Shown: positions 25,979 through 35,749 of the stretch, piece by piece
Numbering within the stretch: the stretch's first letter is position 1
Layout of the letters: the number at the start of each line of letters is the position of its first letter
Source: Candidatus Pacearchaeota archaeon
GTDB lineage: Archaea > Nanobdellota > Nanobdellia > Pacearchaeales > JAPDKA01
Length of the DNA stretch: 64,000 nt
Direction of reading: 5' to 3'
Assembly (NCBI GenBank): GCA_038817835.1
Contig: JAWAZI010000003.1
Span: 5,074 to 69,073 of the forward strand
Notes under the pieces: model-generated
The model's database searches: none
What the model was told of the DNA's origin: nothing
What the model saw: the letters and a program-made list of their open reading frames with translations, nothing else
Translations under genes and position numbers: made by a program

Positions 25979-28627
25979 ATGCCTTACAATTTTAAAGAAG
26001 TTGAGCAGGAATATAGCAAAATATTTGCAAAAATTTTTAAAGCAAAAATTAAATCAAAAAAACCAAAATTTTATTGTTTAGAAATGTTTCCTTATCCTAC
26101 AGGCAGACTTCATATGGGGCATGTGAGGAATTATACTATAGGAGATGCTGTTGCTAGAATGAAAAGAATGCAGGGATATAATGTTTTATATCCTATGGGT
26201 TATGATAGTTTTGGTTTACCAGCAGAGAATGCTGCAATAAAACATAAAATAAAACCAAATGAATGGACAGAGAAATGTATAAAAGATATGAAAGAGCAGC
26301 AAATTGCTATGGGTAATAGTTATGAATGGGATAGAGAAATTGCAACTCATAAACCAGAATATTATAAATGGAATCAATTTTTCTTTATCAAATTTTTTGA
26401 GAAAGGATTAATTTATAAAAAATTAGCTCCAGTTAATTGGTGTCCTAAATGTAATACAGTTTTAGCTAATGAACAAGTTCATAATGGAAGATGTTGGAGA
26501 CATGAAGATACAAAAGTAGAAATTAAATTACTTAATCAATGGTTTTTGAAAATTACAGACTATGCCGATGAATTACTTAAAGATTTAGAAAAATTAGATT
26601 GGCCAGAAAGAATTAAAGAGATGCAAAGAAATTGGATAGGAAAAAATGAAGGAACTTTAGTTAAATTTAAACTTGAAAAAAATGTTAATAATATAAATGA
26701 AATAGAAGTATTTACAACAAGAGTAGATACAATTTTTGGAGTAAGTTTTATTGCTATTGCTCCAGAACATCCTTTAACTTTAGAATTTGTAAAAGGCAAA
26801 GGAGAAAAAGAAAAAGAAGTAAAAGAATTCATTAGTAAAGTATTAATTCAAGAAAGATTTGAAAGATCGAGCAAGGAAAAAGAAGGAATATTTTTAGATA
26901 ATTATGCAATTCATCCTTTTACTAATGAAAAAATACCAATCTTTACTGCAAATTTTGTTTTACCAGATTATGGAACTGGAATAGTTATGGGAGTTCCTGC
27001 TCATGACGTTAGAGATTATGAATTTGCTAAAAAATATAAATTGCCAATAAAAGTTGTGATTAAAGCTGATAAAACAAATAATAGTGAAGTTTATGAAGGC
27101 TATGGAATTTTGATAAATTCAGGAGAATTTAATGGTTTAACTTCTCAACAAGCTATAGAAGAAATAACAAAAAAATTAAAAGAAAAAGGATTAGGAGATA
27201 AAAGTATTCAATTTAAAATTAGAGATTGGCTTATATCTAGACAACGTTATTGGGGTACACCAATACCAATAATTTATTGTGAAAATTGTGGAATTGTTAC
27301 AGAAAAAATAGAGAATTTACCAGTATTATTGCCAGATCCAAATAAAGTTAAATTTGGAGAAGGAAATCCTTTAGAAACTGTAAAAACCTGGCTGGAAACA
27401 AAATGTCCAAAATGTAATAAAAAAGCAAGAAGAGATAGTGATACTCTAGATACATTTTTTGATTCTAGTTGGTATTTCCTAAGATTTATTGATCCGAAAA
27501 ATGATAAGGAACCATTTAATAAAAATAAAATTAAATTATTTATGCCTGTTGATTTTTATATAGGTGGAGCAGAGCATGCTACTATGCATTTGATTTATGC
27601 TAGATTTTTTACAAAAGTTTTGAGAGATTTAAATTTTTTAGATTTTGATGAACCATTTTTAAAACTTGTTAATCAAGGAATTGTTACTTTGGGTGGAGAA
27701 GCTATGAGTAAAAGTAAGGGAAATATTGTTGATCCATTTGAGATAATTCCTAAATATGGTGCAGATGCCTTGAGATTTTTTATTTTGTTTAAGGCAATGC
27801 CTGATAAAGATCTAGAATGGAGTGATGAAGGAATAGAAAATATAAAAAAATTTCTTGATAAAATTATAGATATCTTTGAATATTGGAAAGAAAATAAAGA
27901 GAAATTAATTGAAAAATCTAAAAATAAACTTATAATAACAAGATTAAATTTATTAATAAAAGAATATACACAGCATCTTAATAATTTAGAATTTCCTTAT
28001 GCTTTAATTAAGCTTATGGATTTTGTAAAACTATTAAATAAAAATAAAGAAAAAATAAGTAATAATATTTTTAGATTAGTTTTTAAAAATTTAGCTTTGA
28101 TTATGAATCCTATAACTCCTTATTTAAGTGAATATTTATGGAAAGAGCTTGGATTTAGAGGCTATGCAAGTTTAGCTAAATGGCCAAATTTTAATGAGAA
28201 TAAAATTAAGGCACAATATGTTATAGAAGAAGATTACATTAAAAATTTGATATCAGATATCAATGAAATAAAAAAGATAATAAAAATAGAAAAAATAAAA
28301 AAGATAAATATAATTATTGCAGATAGATGGAAATATGAAATTTTTAAATTAATAAAAGAATGCAAAAATATTAATGAAGCGATTGAGAAAATAAAAAATA
28401 GTGAATATTCAGATAAACTTGATTATATTGTTAAATTTTTACCGAAATTTATTGGGAAGATAGACATTTTAATTGATCAAAAAGAAGAAATAAATATAAT
28501 TAAAGGAAATCTTGATGAGATTAAAAAAATATTTAAAGCAAAAATTAATTTGTTAAAGGAAAATAGAACAAAGGATGAAAAAGCTAAAAAAGCAATGCCA
28601 TTAAAGCCATCTATAATTTTGGAATAA
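25979..28627 (+). CDS. leuS: Leucine--tRNA ligase (bacterial-type core, archaeal-type C-terminus)
   Basis: MFPYPTGRLHMGH, DWLISRQRYWGTPIP, AMSKS, ends KAMPLKPSIILE. Confidence 0.96.
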   Translation: MPYNFKEVEQEYSKIFAKIFKAKIKSKKPKFYCLEMFPYPTGRLHMGHVRNYTIGDAVARMKRMQGYNVLYPMGYDSFGLPAENAAIKHKIKPNEWTEKCIKDMKEQQIAMGNSYEWDREIATHKPEYYKWNQFFFIKFFEKGLIYKKLAPVNWCPKCNTVLANEQVHNGRCWRHEDTKVEIKLLNQWFLKITDYADELLKDLEKLDWPERIKEMQRNWIGKNEGTLVKFKLEKNVNNINEIEVFTTRVDTIFGVSFIAIAPEHPLTLEFVKGKGEKEKEVKEFISKVLIQERFERSSKEKEGIFLDNYAIHPFTNEKIPIFTANFVLPDYGTGIVMGVPAHDVRDYEFAKKYKLPIKVVIKADKTNNSEVYEGYGILINSGEFNGLTSQQAIEEITKKLKEKGLGDKSIQFKIRDWLISRQRYWGTPIPIIYCENCGIVTEKIENLPVLLPDPNKVKFGEGNPLETVKTWLETKCPKCNKKARRDSDTLDTFFDSSWYFLRFIDPKNDKEPFNKNKIKLFMPVDFYIGGAEHATMHLIYARFFTKVLRDLNFLDFDEPFLKLVNQGIVTLGGEAMSKSKGNIVDPFEIIPKYGADALRFFILFKAMPDKDLEWSDEGIENIKKFLDKIIDIFEYWKENKEKLIEKSKNKLIITRLNLLIKEYTQHLNNLEFPYALIKLMDFVKLLNKNKEKISNNIFRLVFKNLALIMNPITPYLSEYLWKELGFRGYASLAKWPNFNENKIKAQYVIEEDYIKNLISDINEIKKIIKIEKIKKINIIIADRWKYEIFKLIKECKNINEAIEKIKNSEYSDKLDYIVKFLPKFIGKIDILIDQKEEINIIKGNLDEIKKIFKAKINLLKENRTKDEKAKKAMPLKPSIILE

Positions 28628-28658
28628 ATTTTTTAATTTATTTTTATTTTTATTTTAT

Positions 28659-28732
28659 GGCCCCGTAGCTCAACAGGATAGAGCACTGGCCTTCTAAGCC
28701 AGGGGTTGCGGGTTCGAGTCCCGTCGGGGCCA
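28659..28732 (+). tRNA. tRNA-Arg(TCT)
   Basis: GGCCCCG/CGGGGCC acceptor, CTGGC-CT TCT AA-GCCAG. Confidence 0.95.
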
Positions 28733-28770
28733 GTAATAAAAAATTTAAATAAAAAAAATAATAACTATAT

Positions 28771-29178
28771 ATGATTTTCAATTATCATTTTATTATAAAA
28801 GTTATTATAGCAGCTTTTTTAGGAGCATTAATAGGACTTGAAAGAAAAACAAAATTTTATGGAATAGGTATTAGAACAGCATCACTTATATCAATTTCTT
28901 CTTGTATTTTTACATTAGCTGGTATGGCATTTTTTGATGAGTCAAATATATCAAGAATTGTTCAAGGTTTAGCAGCTGGTATAGGATTTATTGGAGCAGC
29001 TGTTATTTGGCGTCAACATCAAGATCATGCATGGATTTATGGATTAACTACAGCAGTAATTGTATGGTTTTTAACTGCTATTGGAATTCTAGTAGCTTTA
29101 AGTTTTTATTTAGAAGCACTTTTAATAACAATTTTAGTATTAATAATTTTATTATTAAAAAAATTAGGAGTTGAATAA
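28771..29178 (+). CDS. MgtC/SapB family membrane protein
   Basis: GALIGLER, GIRT, GIGFIGAAVI, GLTTA. Confidence 0.9.
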   Translation: MIFNYHFIIKVIIAAFLGALIGLERKTKFYGIGIRTASLISISSCIFTLAGMAFFDESNISRIVQGLAAGIGFIGAAVIWRQHQDHAWIYGLTTAVIVWFLTAIGILVALSFYLEALLITILVLIILLLKKLGVE

Positions 29179-29219
29179 TCACTAAAATCTTTAAATAATA
29201 AAAATCTTTATTTATTTAA

Positions 29220-29290
29220 GCGGGGGTGGCAGAGTGGCTATGCAGTCGGCTGCAGACCGACGGACGTGGGTTCGAATCCCACCCCCCGCT
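29220..29290 (+). tRNA. tRNA-Cys(GCA)
   Basis: GCGGGGG/CCCCCGC acceptor, U73, GTCGG-CT GCA GA-CCGAC. Confidence 0.95.
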
Positions 29291-29330
29291 AATAAAAAAA
29301 TTTAAATTTTTTATTTTGATATATATTTTT

Positions 29331-29570
29331 ATGATAAGTAAAAAAACAAAAACAGAATTTTATTTTAATCAACTTAAAAGAATTGCAAAAAAAATGAATG
29401 TAAAAATTAGCAAAGATGCTTTAATAGCTTTAGCAAATCATTTAGAAACTCATACAAAATTTATTTTGAGGAGAGCATCTTTTTTTGCTAATAAAGAGAG
29501 AAGGAAAATTATAAAAGCAAAAGATATAGAACATGCAAAACAGGAAGGAATATTGCTAGAAAAAATTTAA
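29331..29570 (+). CDS. Archaeal histone-fold protein (real start ATG at 29331)
   Basis: KRIAKK..VKISKDA...A..FA..ERRKIIKAKDI histone-fold pattern; the longer ORF-track start lies inside tRNA-Cys. Confidence 0.8.
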   Translation: MISKKTKTEFYFNQLKRIAKKMNVKISKDALIALANHLETHTKFILRRASFFANKERRKIIKAKDIEHAKQEGILLEKI

Positions 29571-30850
29571 GGAACCAATCTATCTCTATCTCTAGGAAAT
29601 AAACAAGCTTCCCTTATGTTATTTAAGTTTAATATAGCCATTGTTAATCTTTCTAATCCTATACTCCATCCAGAATGTGGTGGAGCCCCATACTTGAATG
29701 AGTTTATATAAAATTCAAAATTTTTTTCATTTAATCCATTTATCTTTATTCTTTCTTTTAATAGATTTGCTATATGTATTCTTTGTCCTCCACTCGAAAT
29801 TTCTAAACCATTTAGTATAGCATCAAAACCACAACTTAATTTTTCATTTTTTGGCATGATATAGAATGGTTTTAATGATATAGGCCAAGAATGTACGAAT
29901 ATAATACTATCTTTATATATTTCAGATAATTTTTTTTCAGCTTCATTAGTTAAATCTTCACCATAATTAATTTTTATTCCATTTTCATTTAAAATTTTTA
30001 TAGTTTCATCATAGCTTATATAAATCGCTTTTGGTACTTTTATTTTTTTATTCAATATTTCTAATTCTTCCTTACAATTTTTTTTAATTTCTTTTATTAT
30101 ATATTTTATACAATCTTCGAGTAATTTCATAACATCAAAATCATTTGCAAAAGCAACTTCGATATCCATTTGTCTTACTTCATTTAGATGTCTTATAGTA
30201 TTATGTTTTTCAGCTCTCCATACTGGTGTAGTACAAAAAACTTTTTCTAAGCTTATTGCCATTAATTGCTTGTATAGTTGGGGACTTTGAGCTAAAAAAG
30301 CTTTATTTTCGAAATATGAAACAGGAAATAACTCTGTTCCGCCTTCACTTGCAGCAGCAATAATGCTTGGTGGTTGAATTTCTATAAAATTTCTCTTAAA
30401 AAAGAAATTTCTAAAATAATTAATTATACAAGATTGAATTTTGAATATAGCCATTACATCTCTTTTTCTTACATCTAAATATCTATAATCAATTCTTTTT
30501 TGTAAATTTGTTTCAATTTTATCCTTTATTGGTATAGGTAAAATTTCAGCTTTATTTAAAATGTTTATTTCTTTTATTTCTATTTCTTTATCTTTTATAC
30601 TTACTAATTCACTTTTTACATCTGCTTTTTTTATTTTTCCTTTTACAGCTAATACACTTTCTAAACTTAACTCTTTAAATTTATCAAATAATTTTTCATC
30701 TTTTATTATACCTTGAATACTTCCTGTCGAGTCTCTTAATATAATAAATTTATTTTTCTTTAAATCTCTAAAATCTAAAATCCAGCCAAAAATCTCTATA
30801 TTGGAATTTTCTTTTAATTTTTTAATATCTTTTATGAAAATATTTTTCAT
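29567..30850 (-). CDS. aspS: Aspartate--tRNA ligase (archaeal type)
   Basis: OB-fold, AFLAQSPQLYKQ, WRAEKHNTIRHLNE, GAPPHSGWSIGLERL. Confidence 0.93.
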   Translation of the reverse strand: MKNIFIKDIKKLKENSNIEIFGWILDFRDLKKNKFIILRDSTGSIQGIIKDEKLFDKFKELSLESVLAVKGKIKKADVKSELVSIKDKEIEIKEINILNKAEILPIPIKDKIETNLQKRIDYRYLDVRKRDVMAIFKIQSCIINYFRNFFFKRNFIEIQPPSIIAAASEGGTELFPVSYFENKAFLAQSPQLYKQLMAISLEKVFCTTPVWRAEKHNTIRHLNEVRQMDIEVAFANDFDVMKLLEDCIKYIIKEIKKNCKEELEILNKKIKVPKAIYISYDETIKILNENGIKINYGEDLTNEAEKKLSEIYKDSIIFVHSWPISLKPFYIMPKNEKLSCGFDAILNGLEISSGGQRIHIANLLKERIKINGLNEKNFEFYINSFKYGAPPHSGWSIGLERLTMAILNLNNIREACLFPRDRDRLVP

Positions 30851-30882
30851 GAAATTAAAAATAAAGAATATTTTTAAATTTT

Positions 30883-31272
30883 TTATTCTAAACTTCTAAG
30901 TTTTTTTCTTATTTCTTCAAGTTCTTTCATCAAACTAATTTTTTTACTTATTTTTACTTTTTCAATTTTTTCTTTTTTCTTTTTTTCTTTCTTTATTACT
31001 ATTTCTTTTTCTTTTTTTACTTTTTCAATTTTTTTCTCTTCAGATTTTGGTAATGCATAATTAATTTCATCAAACCTTTTTTTTAAAATTAAAAATTTTT
31101 CATCGATTTTTTTTATTGCTATATCATCAATACGATTTGCTTCTTTTATTTCTTCAATAGAAGTTTGACATTTAATTAAACATTCCAAAATTCTATATAA
31201 TAATCTCTTTAATTCTTTTTCTTCTATATTATCTATTGATATAAATAAATTCTTTTCAATAGTTTCCCTCAT
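30883..31272 (-). CDS. Hypothetical coiled-coil protein
   Basis: ORF directly downstream of the 148-aa coiled-coil gene, similar LFISID motif. Confidence 0.65.
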   Translation of the reverse strand: MRETIEKNLFISIDNIEEKELKRLLYRILECLIKCQTSIEEIKEANRIDDIAIKKIDEKFLILKKRFDEINYALPKSEEKKIEKVKKEKEIVIKKEKKKKEKIEKVKISKKISLMKELEEIRKKLRSLE

Positions 31273-31274
31273 TG

Positions 31275-31721
31275 TTATTTTATTTTAGAGAATAAAGTAT
31301 TTTCAATTTCACTTATTTTTCTTTTCATTTCTCCAAGTTCCTCATCTATTTTCTTAATTTCTTCTTCAAATTTAGTTCTATTTTCTTTTATTTTTGTTAA
31401 CTCCATTTCCATTTCCTCAATACTTTTTCCAAGTTTTTCTACAGCTTCAAGAACTTTCTTATATTTTGTAATTTTTACAAATATTGGTCCTTTTACTTCT
31501 TCTTTTTCTATTTCACTTTCTATCTCAGATTTTAATGGTGTTATTGGTGGTAATGGTTTTATTTCTGTTATTTCTTTTTCTGTTTCTAAAGGCGTTAATT
31601 CAGATTTGCTTATGTCTTTTATTTTTATTTCTGGAATTTCAGGGATTTCCGGAATTTTTAATTCTTCTAATCCAACTTTTGGTATTTCTTCTTTTTTCTT
31701 CTTTTTTCCGAAGATAACCAT
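31275..31721 (-). CDS. Hypothetical protein with Pro/Glu-rich N-terminus and PIFVKI..Y coiled coil
   Basis: IPEIPEI low-complexity region, then a long heptad-rich helix. Confidence 0.7.
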   Translation of the reverse strand: MVIFGKKKKKEEIPKVGLEELKIPEIPEIPEIKIKDISKSELTPLETEKEITEIKPLPPITPLKSEIESEIEKEEVKGPIFVKITKYKKVLEAVEKLGKSIEEMEMELTKIKENRTKFEEEIKKIDEELGEMKRKISEIENTLFSKIK

Positions 31722-31844
31722 TTTAATTAATAAATTTTATATTTTTAAATAGTTTTTGTATAAACTCTGTAGTTATTATAAATTTTTATATTTTGAAATA
31801 AAATTTTAAAATAAATAAAAATAAATAAATAAAAATAGAAAAAT

Positions 31845-32519
31845 ATGAAAAAGAAAGATCTTAAGAAAAAGGTTAAAGATTCTATAAGAGAAGTTATTGA
31901 GTATTATGTTGGAAATTATGGTAATAAACTTGTTGATATTCTTTATAATAAAAAAAATATTAATGAATTCCTTATAGCAGAAAAAATAAAATTGAATATT
32001 CATCAAGTGAGAAATATGCTTTATAAACTTGCAGGTAAAAATTTAATTACTTTTTCTCGAAAGCATGATAAGAAGAGTGGATGGTATATTTATTATTGGA
32101 CATTGAGAGAAGAAAGAATCTTAGAAGAATTAAAGAATTTAAAATTAAAAAAAATGTATGAAATAGAAAATCAAATAAAAAGTAAACAATATTTTAATTT
32201 TTATATATGTCCAAATAAATGTGTAACAATGAAAGAAGAAACAGCATTATTACATAATTTTTTTTGTCCAGAGTGTGGTGAATTACTTTTATCAAAAGAT
32301 ACAAAAGAAGAAATAAAAAAATTAGAAGAAGAAAAGGAAAAAATAAAGAAATCATTAGAAAAGATTGACGAATTAATTTTAATTTATAAAAGAGAGAAAT
32401 CTAAAAAATTGGAAAAAAAGAAAAAACCAAAAATAAAAAAAATAAAAAAGAAAAGAAAGAAATTAAAAGTAAAGAAAAAGAATAAAGTAAAACCAAAAAA
32501 AAGAAAAATAAAAAAATGA
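31845..32519 (+). CDS. tfe: Transcription factor E alpha with Lys-rich tail
   Basis: Winged helix VRNMLYKL...SGWYIYYW, zinc ribbon CPNKC...FFCPECG. Confidence 0.88.
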   Translation: MKKKDLKKKVKDSIREVIEYYVGNYGNKLVDILYNKKNINEFLIAEKIKLNIHQVRNMLYKLAGKNLITFSRKHDKKSGWYIYYWTLREERILEELKNLKLKKMYEIENQIKSKQYFNFYICPNKCVTMKEETALLHNFFCPECGELLLSKDTKEEIKKLEEEKEKIKKSLEKIDELILIYKREKSKKLEKKKKPKIKKIKKKRKKLKVKKKNKVKPKKRKIKK

Positions 32520-33163
32520 AAAAAAATAAAAAATTTTCTTTTACTCTTTCAATTTTAATTATAAATTTAATTTTTTATCTTATCTTTCTTGTTGCTTTTT
32601 ATTTAAATAGAAATTTTATAGATTATATTGCACTAAAACCAGCAAATATAGTTAAAGGAAAATATTTATGGACTATAGTTACTAGTATGTTTGCTCATAG
32701 TCCGGCAAGTGTTTTTCATATTTTTGCTAATATGATCAGTTTAATTTTTATTGGTAGTTTTCTCGAGAGAATAATTGGTAGAAAAAGATTTATTTTTATT
32801 TATTTAATTTCAGGTATTATAGCCAATTTATTTTTTATTTTGTTTTCTTTAATTTTTAAAAATGAATTTAATGCTTATGCATTAGGTGCAAGTGGTGCTA
32901 TATTTGGTTTGATAGGAGTTGTTATACTTTTGACACCAAAACTAAAAGTTTTTGTTTTTCCTATACCTTTTCCTTTACCAATATGGATTGCTAGTTTAAT
33001 AGCTTTATTTGGTTTATGGATAATAAGCATAATTGCAGGTTTACCTATAGGAAATACTGCACATTTAGGGGGCTTTATAACAGGAATTTTTTATGGTTTA
33101 TATTTGAGAATGAAATATAAAAGAAAAGTTGCTTTATTAAATAAATATCTTGGAGTAAAATAA
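32516..33163 (+). CDS. Rhomboid intramembrane serine protease
   Basis: SMFAH..HIFANM, GASGA, AHLGG. Confidence 0.95.
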   Translation: MKKNKKFSFTLSILIINLIFYLIFLVAFYLNRNFIDYIALKPANIVKGKYLWTIVTSMFAHSPASVFHIFANMISLIFIGSFLERIIGRKRFIFIYLISGIIANLFFILFSLIFKNEFNAYALGASGAIFGLIGVVILLTPKLKVFVFPIPFPLPIWIASLIALFGLWIISIIAGLPIGNTAHLGGFITGIFYGLYLRMKYKRKVALLNKYLGVK

Positions 33164-34525
33164 TTAAATCTTTATTGTCATAAATTCTTCAACTAAAACT
33201 TTTTTTAATACATTTAAAAATTCTTCTTCTTGTGAAAATTTTATTAAAGCTCCTGCAGCATTTTCATGTCCACCATATTCAAAATCAAGATTGCTTTTTT
33301 TCTTTATTTTTTCTAATATCTTTGTTACATTTCTTGTTTTACTTCTTAAAGAAACTTTTATGCAGTCCTCTCTATAAGCTAAAGCTATTATAATAAAATC
33401 ATTAAAATCTAAAGAATTTATAAACATACTTGCTATAGTACCTATCAATTCAGGATTTACTTTATCTTTTAAATTAACTATTAAAAAATTTTCATCTTTT
33501 ATTTTTTTTATTTCTTTTTCAAAATATTTAATACCTTTAATTATTTCGTATCTATATTTTATGTATATTTCATCTGCAATCTCTTTTGATTTTCTTTTTC
33601 CTAGTAAAAAACTTAAAGCTATATATCCTTTATTTAAACTTCCACAGGCATTAATTAAAGTAGCAATCTCTCTAGCATCTTCTATTTTTTCAAAAATATT
33701 TATCAAATATACATTTCCTAAAATATCAATATCCCTATTGTCCATTATTCTTAAAGTAGCAATTGCTGTAATAAGCTTAGAAATTTCATCATTACTTAAA
33801 TCATTTAAACTTCTAATTTTTCCATTTATTTTTGTTTCTATTTTTAATTGTTCTAGAAAATTGAAAACATTTTTTATTTTTCCAGTTATTCCTGGAATAT
33901 ATATATTGCTATATTCTAATGCTTTATATAATGGTCTAGTATAAGAAAAAACTTTTAAACCTTTTTTGATTATGAAACTATTTTCACTTTCTTTCAAAAA
34001 TAAATTACTTAATTTGCTTAGATTTTTGTCTAAATTATCTCCTATCAATCCAAGTAAAGCGATTTTTTGAAATTGTTGTTTTTTTTCTTTATCAAATTCT
34101 CTTAAATTTGAAACAAAAAAATATGTTAATATACTCGCACTTGTTTGATAATCATCATTAAATAATCTATAATTTATTAAATTTATATTATCTTTTTTTA
34201 CTTCTCCTTCAATATAGTGATGATCTATAATAAAAATTGGAGTTTCAAATTCATCGAATAAATTTAAAAAATTTGATCCAAAATCTAAAAAGAAAATTGC
34301 TGAAAAATTTTTACTTTCTTTTTTTATATTTTCAATTTCTTCAGCTTTTAAATTTTTTAAAATTCTTACAAAAAATTTTTTATCTAAACTTAAAAAAACT
34401 TTTGCTATAATTGCAGCAGAACAAATTCCATCAGTATCATTATGGCAATAGATTGCTATTAATTTTTTATTTTCAATTTGATTAAACTTTTTTGCTATAT
34501 CTTTTATATATTCTAAAATTTCCAT
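33164..34525 (-). CDS. DHH/DHHA1 RecJ-like phosphoesterase
   Basis: HNDTDG, LDFG, IDHH, GGHENAAG; downstream of rps15 as in many archaea. Confidence 0.9.
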   Translation of the reverse strand: MEILEYIKDIAKKFNQIENKKLIAIYCHNDTDGICSAAIIAKVFLSLDKKFFVRILKNLKAEEIENIKKESKNFSAIFFLDFGSNFLNLFDEFETPIFIIDHHYIEGEVKKDNINLINYRLFNDDYQTSASILTYFFVSNLREFDKEKKQQFQKIALLGLIGDNLDKNLSKLSNLFLKESENSFIIKKGLKVFSYTRPLYKALEYSNIYIPGITGKIKNVFNFLEQLKIETKINGKIRSLNDLSNDEISKLITAIATLRIMDNRDIDILGNVYLINIFEKIEDAREIATLINACGSLNKGYIALSFLLGKRKSKEIADEIYIKYRYEIIKGIKYFEKEIKKIKDENFLIVNLKDKVNPELIGTIASMFINSLDFNDFIIIALAYREDCIKVSLRSKTRNVTKILEKIKKKSNLDFEYGGHENAAGALIKFSQEEEFLNVLKKVLVEEFMTIKI

Positions 34526-34581
34526 AAAATTTATTTCTGAAAATATTTTTAAAAATTATTGTAGAAAATTATAATTAATCA

Positions 34582-34959
34582 TTAATAATTTGGAACAAAA
34601 TTTTTATCTAATATACCTTTTCTTTTATAATAATTTGTTAATATTCTTATTCTTGCTTCTAATATTTGCATAGCTCTTTTTGCTACATAATCATGTTTAT
34701 TTTTTTCAAAATGTTTTTTTAAATTTTTCATTTTTTTAATTAAATTTTCTAAATCAGATGGAAAATATTGAATATTATTCTCTCTTAAAATTTTTACCAC
34801 TTTCTTATTTATTATTTCCTTCAATTTTTTATTATATTTTTCTTTTATTATTTTCCCTATTTCATCAGATTTGTATCCTTGTTTATAAAGTTCAATAACT
34901 TCTTTTTCTATATTTTCTTTCTTTATCTTTTCTTTATTTTTACTTTTTTTATTTTTCAT
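34582..34959 (-). CDS. rps15: 30S ribosomal protein S15 (archaeal type, short N-terminus)
   Basis: PSDLENLIKK...HFEKNKHD..AKRAMQILEARIRIL..YYK. Confidence 0.9.
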   Translation of the reverse strand: MKNKKSKNKEKIKKENIEKEVIELYKQGYKSDEIGKIIKEKYNKKLKEIINKKVVKILRENNIQYFPSDLENLIKKMKNLKKHFEKNKHDYVAKRAMQILEARIRILTNYYKRKGILDKNFVPNY

Positions 34960-34994
34960 TATTGTTTATCAAATAAAATTTTATAAATTTTTAG

Positions 34995-35067
34995 TAGCCC
35001 CGCCCGGATTCGAACCGGGGTCACAGGCTCCAAAGGCCTGTATGCTTGACCGCTACACCACGGGGCT
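34995..35067 (-). tRNA. tRNA-Gln(TTG)
   Basis: AGCCCCG/CGGGGCT acceptor (A1-U72), CAGGC-CT TTG GA-GCCTG. Confidence 0.95.
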
Positions 35068-35134
35068 ATATTGTTGGGCTATATTATTATATAAAAAATT
35101 AAACTTAAAAAAATATCGGAGATAATTTAATTTG

Positions 35135-35749
35135 CTATAGATTTTTTCCTTTATACCTTCTTCTTAATTCAACTTTTTTTAATTGTTCTTTTATTTTTTC
35201 ATTTTGTTCAACAAAATTAAAATAAGAATTTAATATTAATTTGCTTATTTCTTCATAAATTGAAAAATGTTTACTTTTTAATGCTTGTAAAAGTAAATAT
35301 ATATCTACAGCTTTATCTTCTATTCTATTACTATGGAATGCTAAACCAAAATCTATAAAGAATACTTTATCATTATTGAGAATCATATTACTTGTTGTTA
35401 AATCCCCATGAATTATATTTGCATTATGTAATTTTGCAATAGCTTTTCCTATTTTTTCAGCAACATTTTTTATTTCATCTTTTTTTAATTTTTCAAACCA
35501 ATCACTAAGTTTTTTACCTTCAATAAAATCCATAACTATTATAGCTTTTTTTTCATCAACTTTATGAACTTTTGGAACATCGATTAAATAAGATGCTTTC
35601 TCTAATATTCTTGCTTCTCTCCTTGTTCTATATTTTCTTAAATTAAAATCTAAAATTCTATTTCTATAATCTTTTTTAATTCTTTTTTTTATTAATTTAT
35701 TATTTTTTTTGTATAATACTGCTTCAGCACCAATTGCTATAATTTTCAT
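35135..35749 (-). CDS. bud32: KEOPS complex kinase/ATPase Bud32
   Basis: GAEA, RTRREARIL, IHGDLTTSNM, IDFGL, EDKAVD. Confidence 0.95.
   Translation of the reverse strand: MKIIAIGAEAVLYKKNNKLIKKRIKKDYRNRILDFNLRKYRTRREARILEKASYLIDVPKVHKVDEKKAIIVMDFIEGKKLSDWFEKLKKDEIKNVAEKIGKAIAKLHNANIIHGDLTTSNMILNNDKVFFIDFGLAFHSNRIEDKAVDIYLLLQALKSKHFSIYEEISKLILNSYFNFVEQNEKIKEQLKKVELRRRYKGKNL

Noticed and set aside
29226..29330. Long N-terminal tail on the histone
   Set aside because: This part of the ORF is the tRNA-Cys sequence read in frame.
35063..35085. 10-bp direct repeat GGGCTATATT overlapping the tRNA-Gln 5' end, as a possible att site for the GGDEF region
   Set aside because: The copies are only 3 bp apart, at the 5' rather than 3' end, with no integrase, and the adjacent gene is core bud32.
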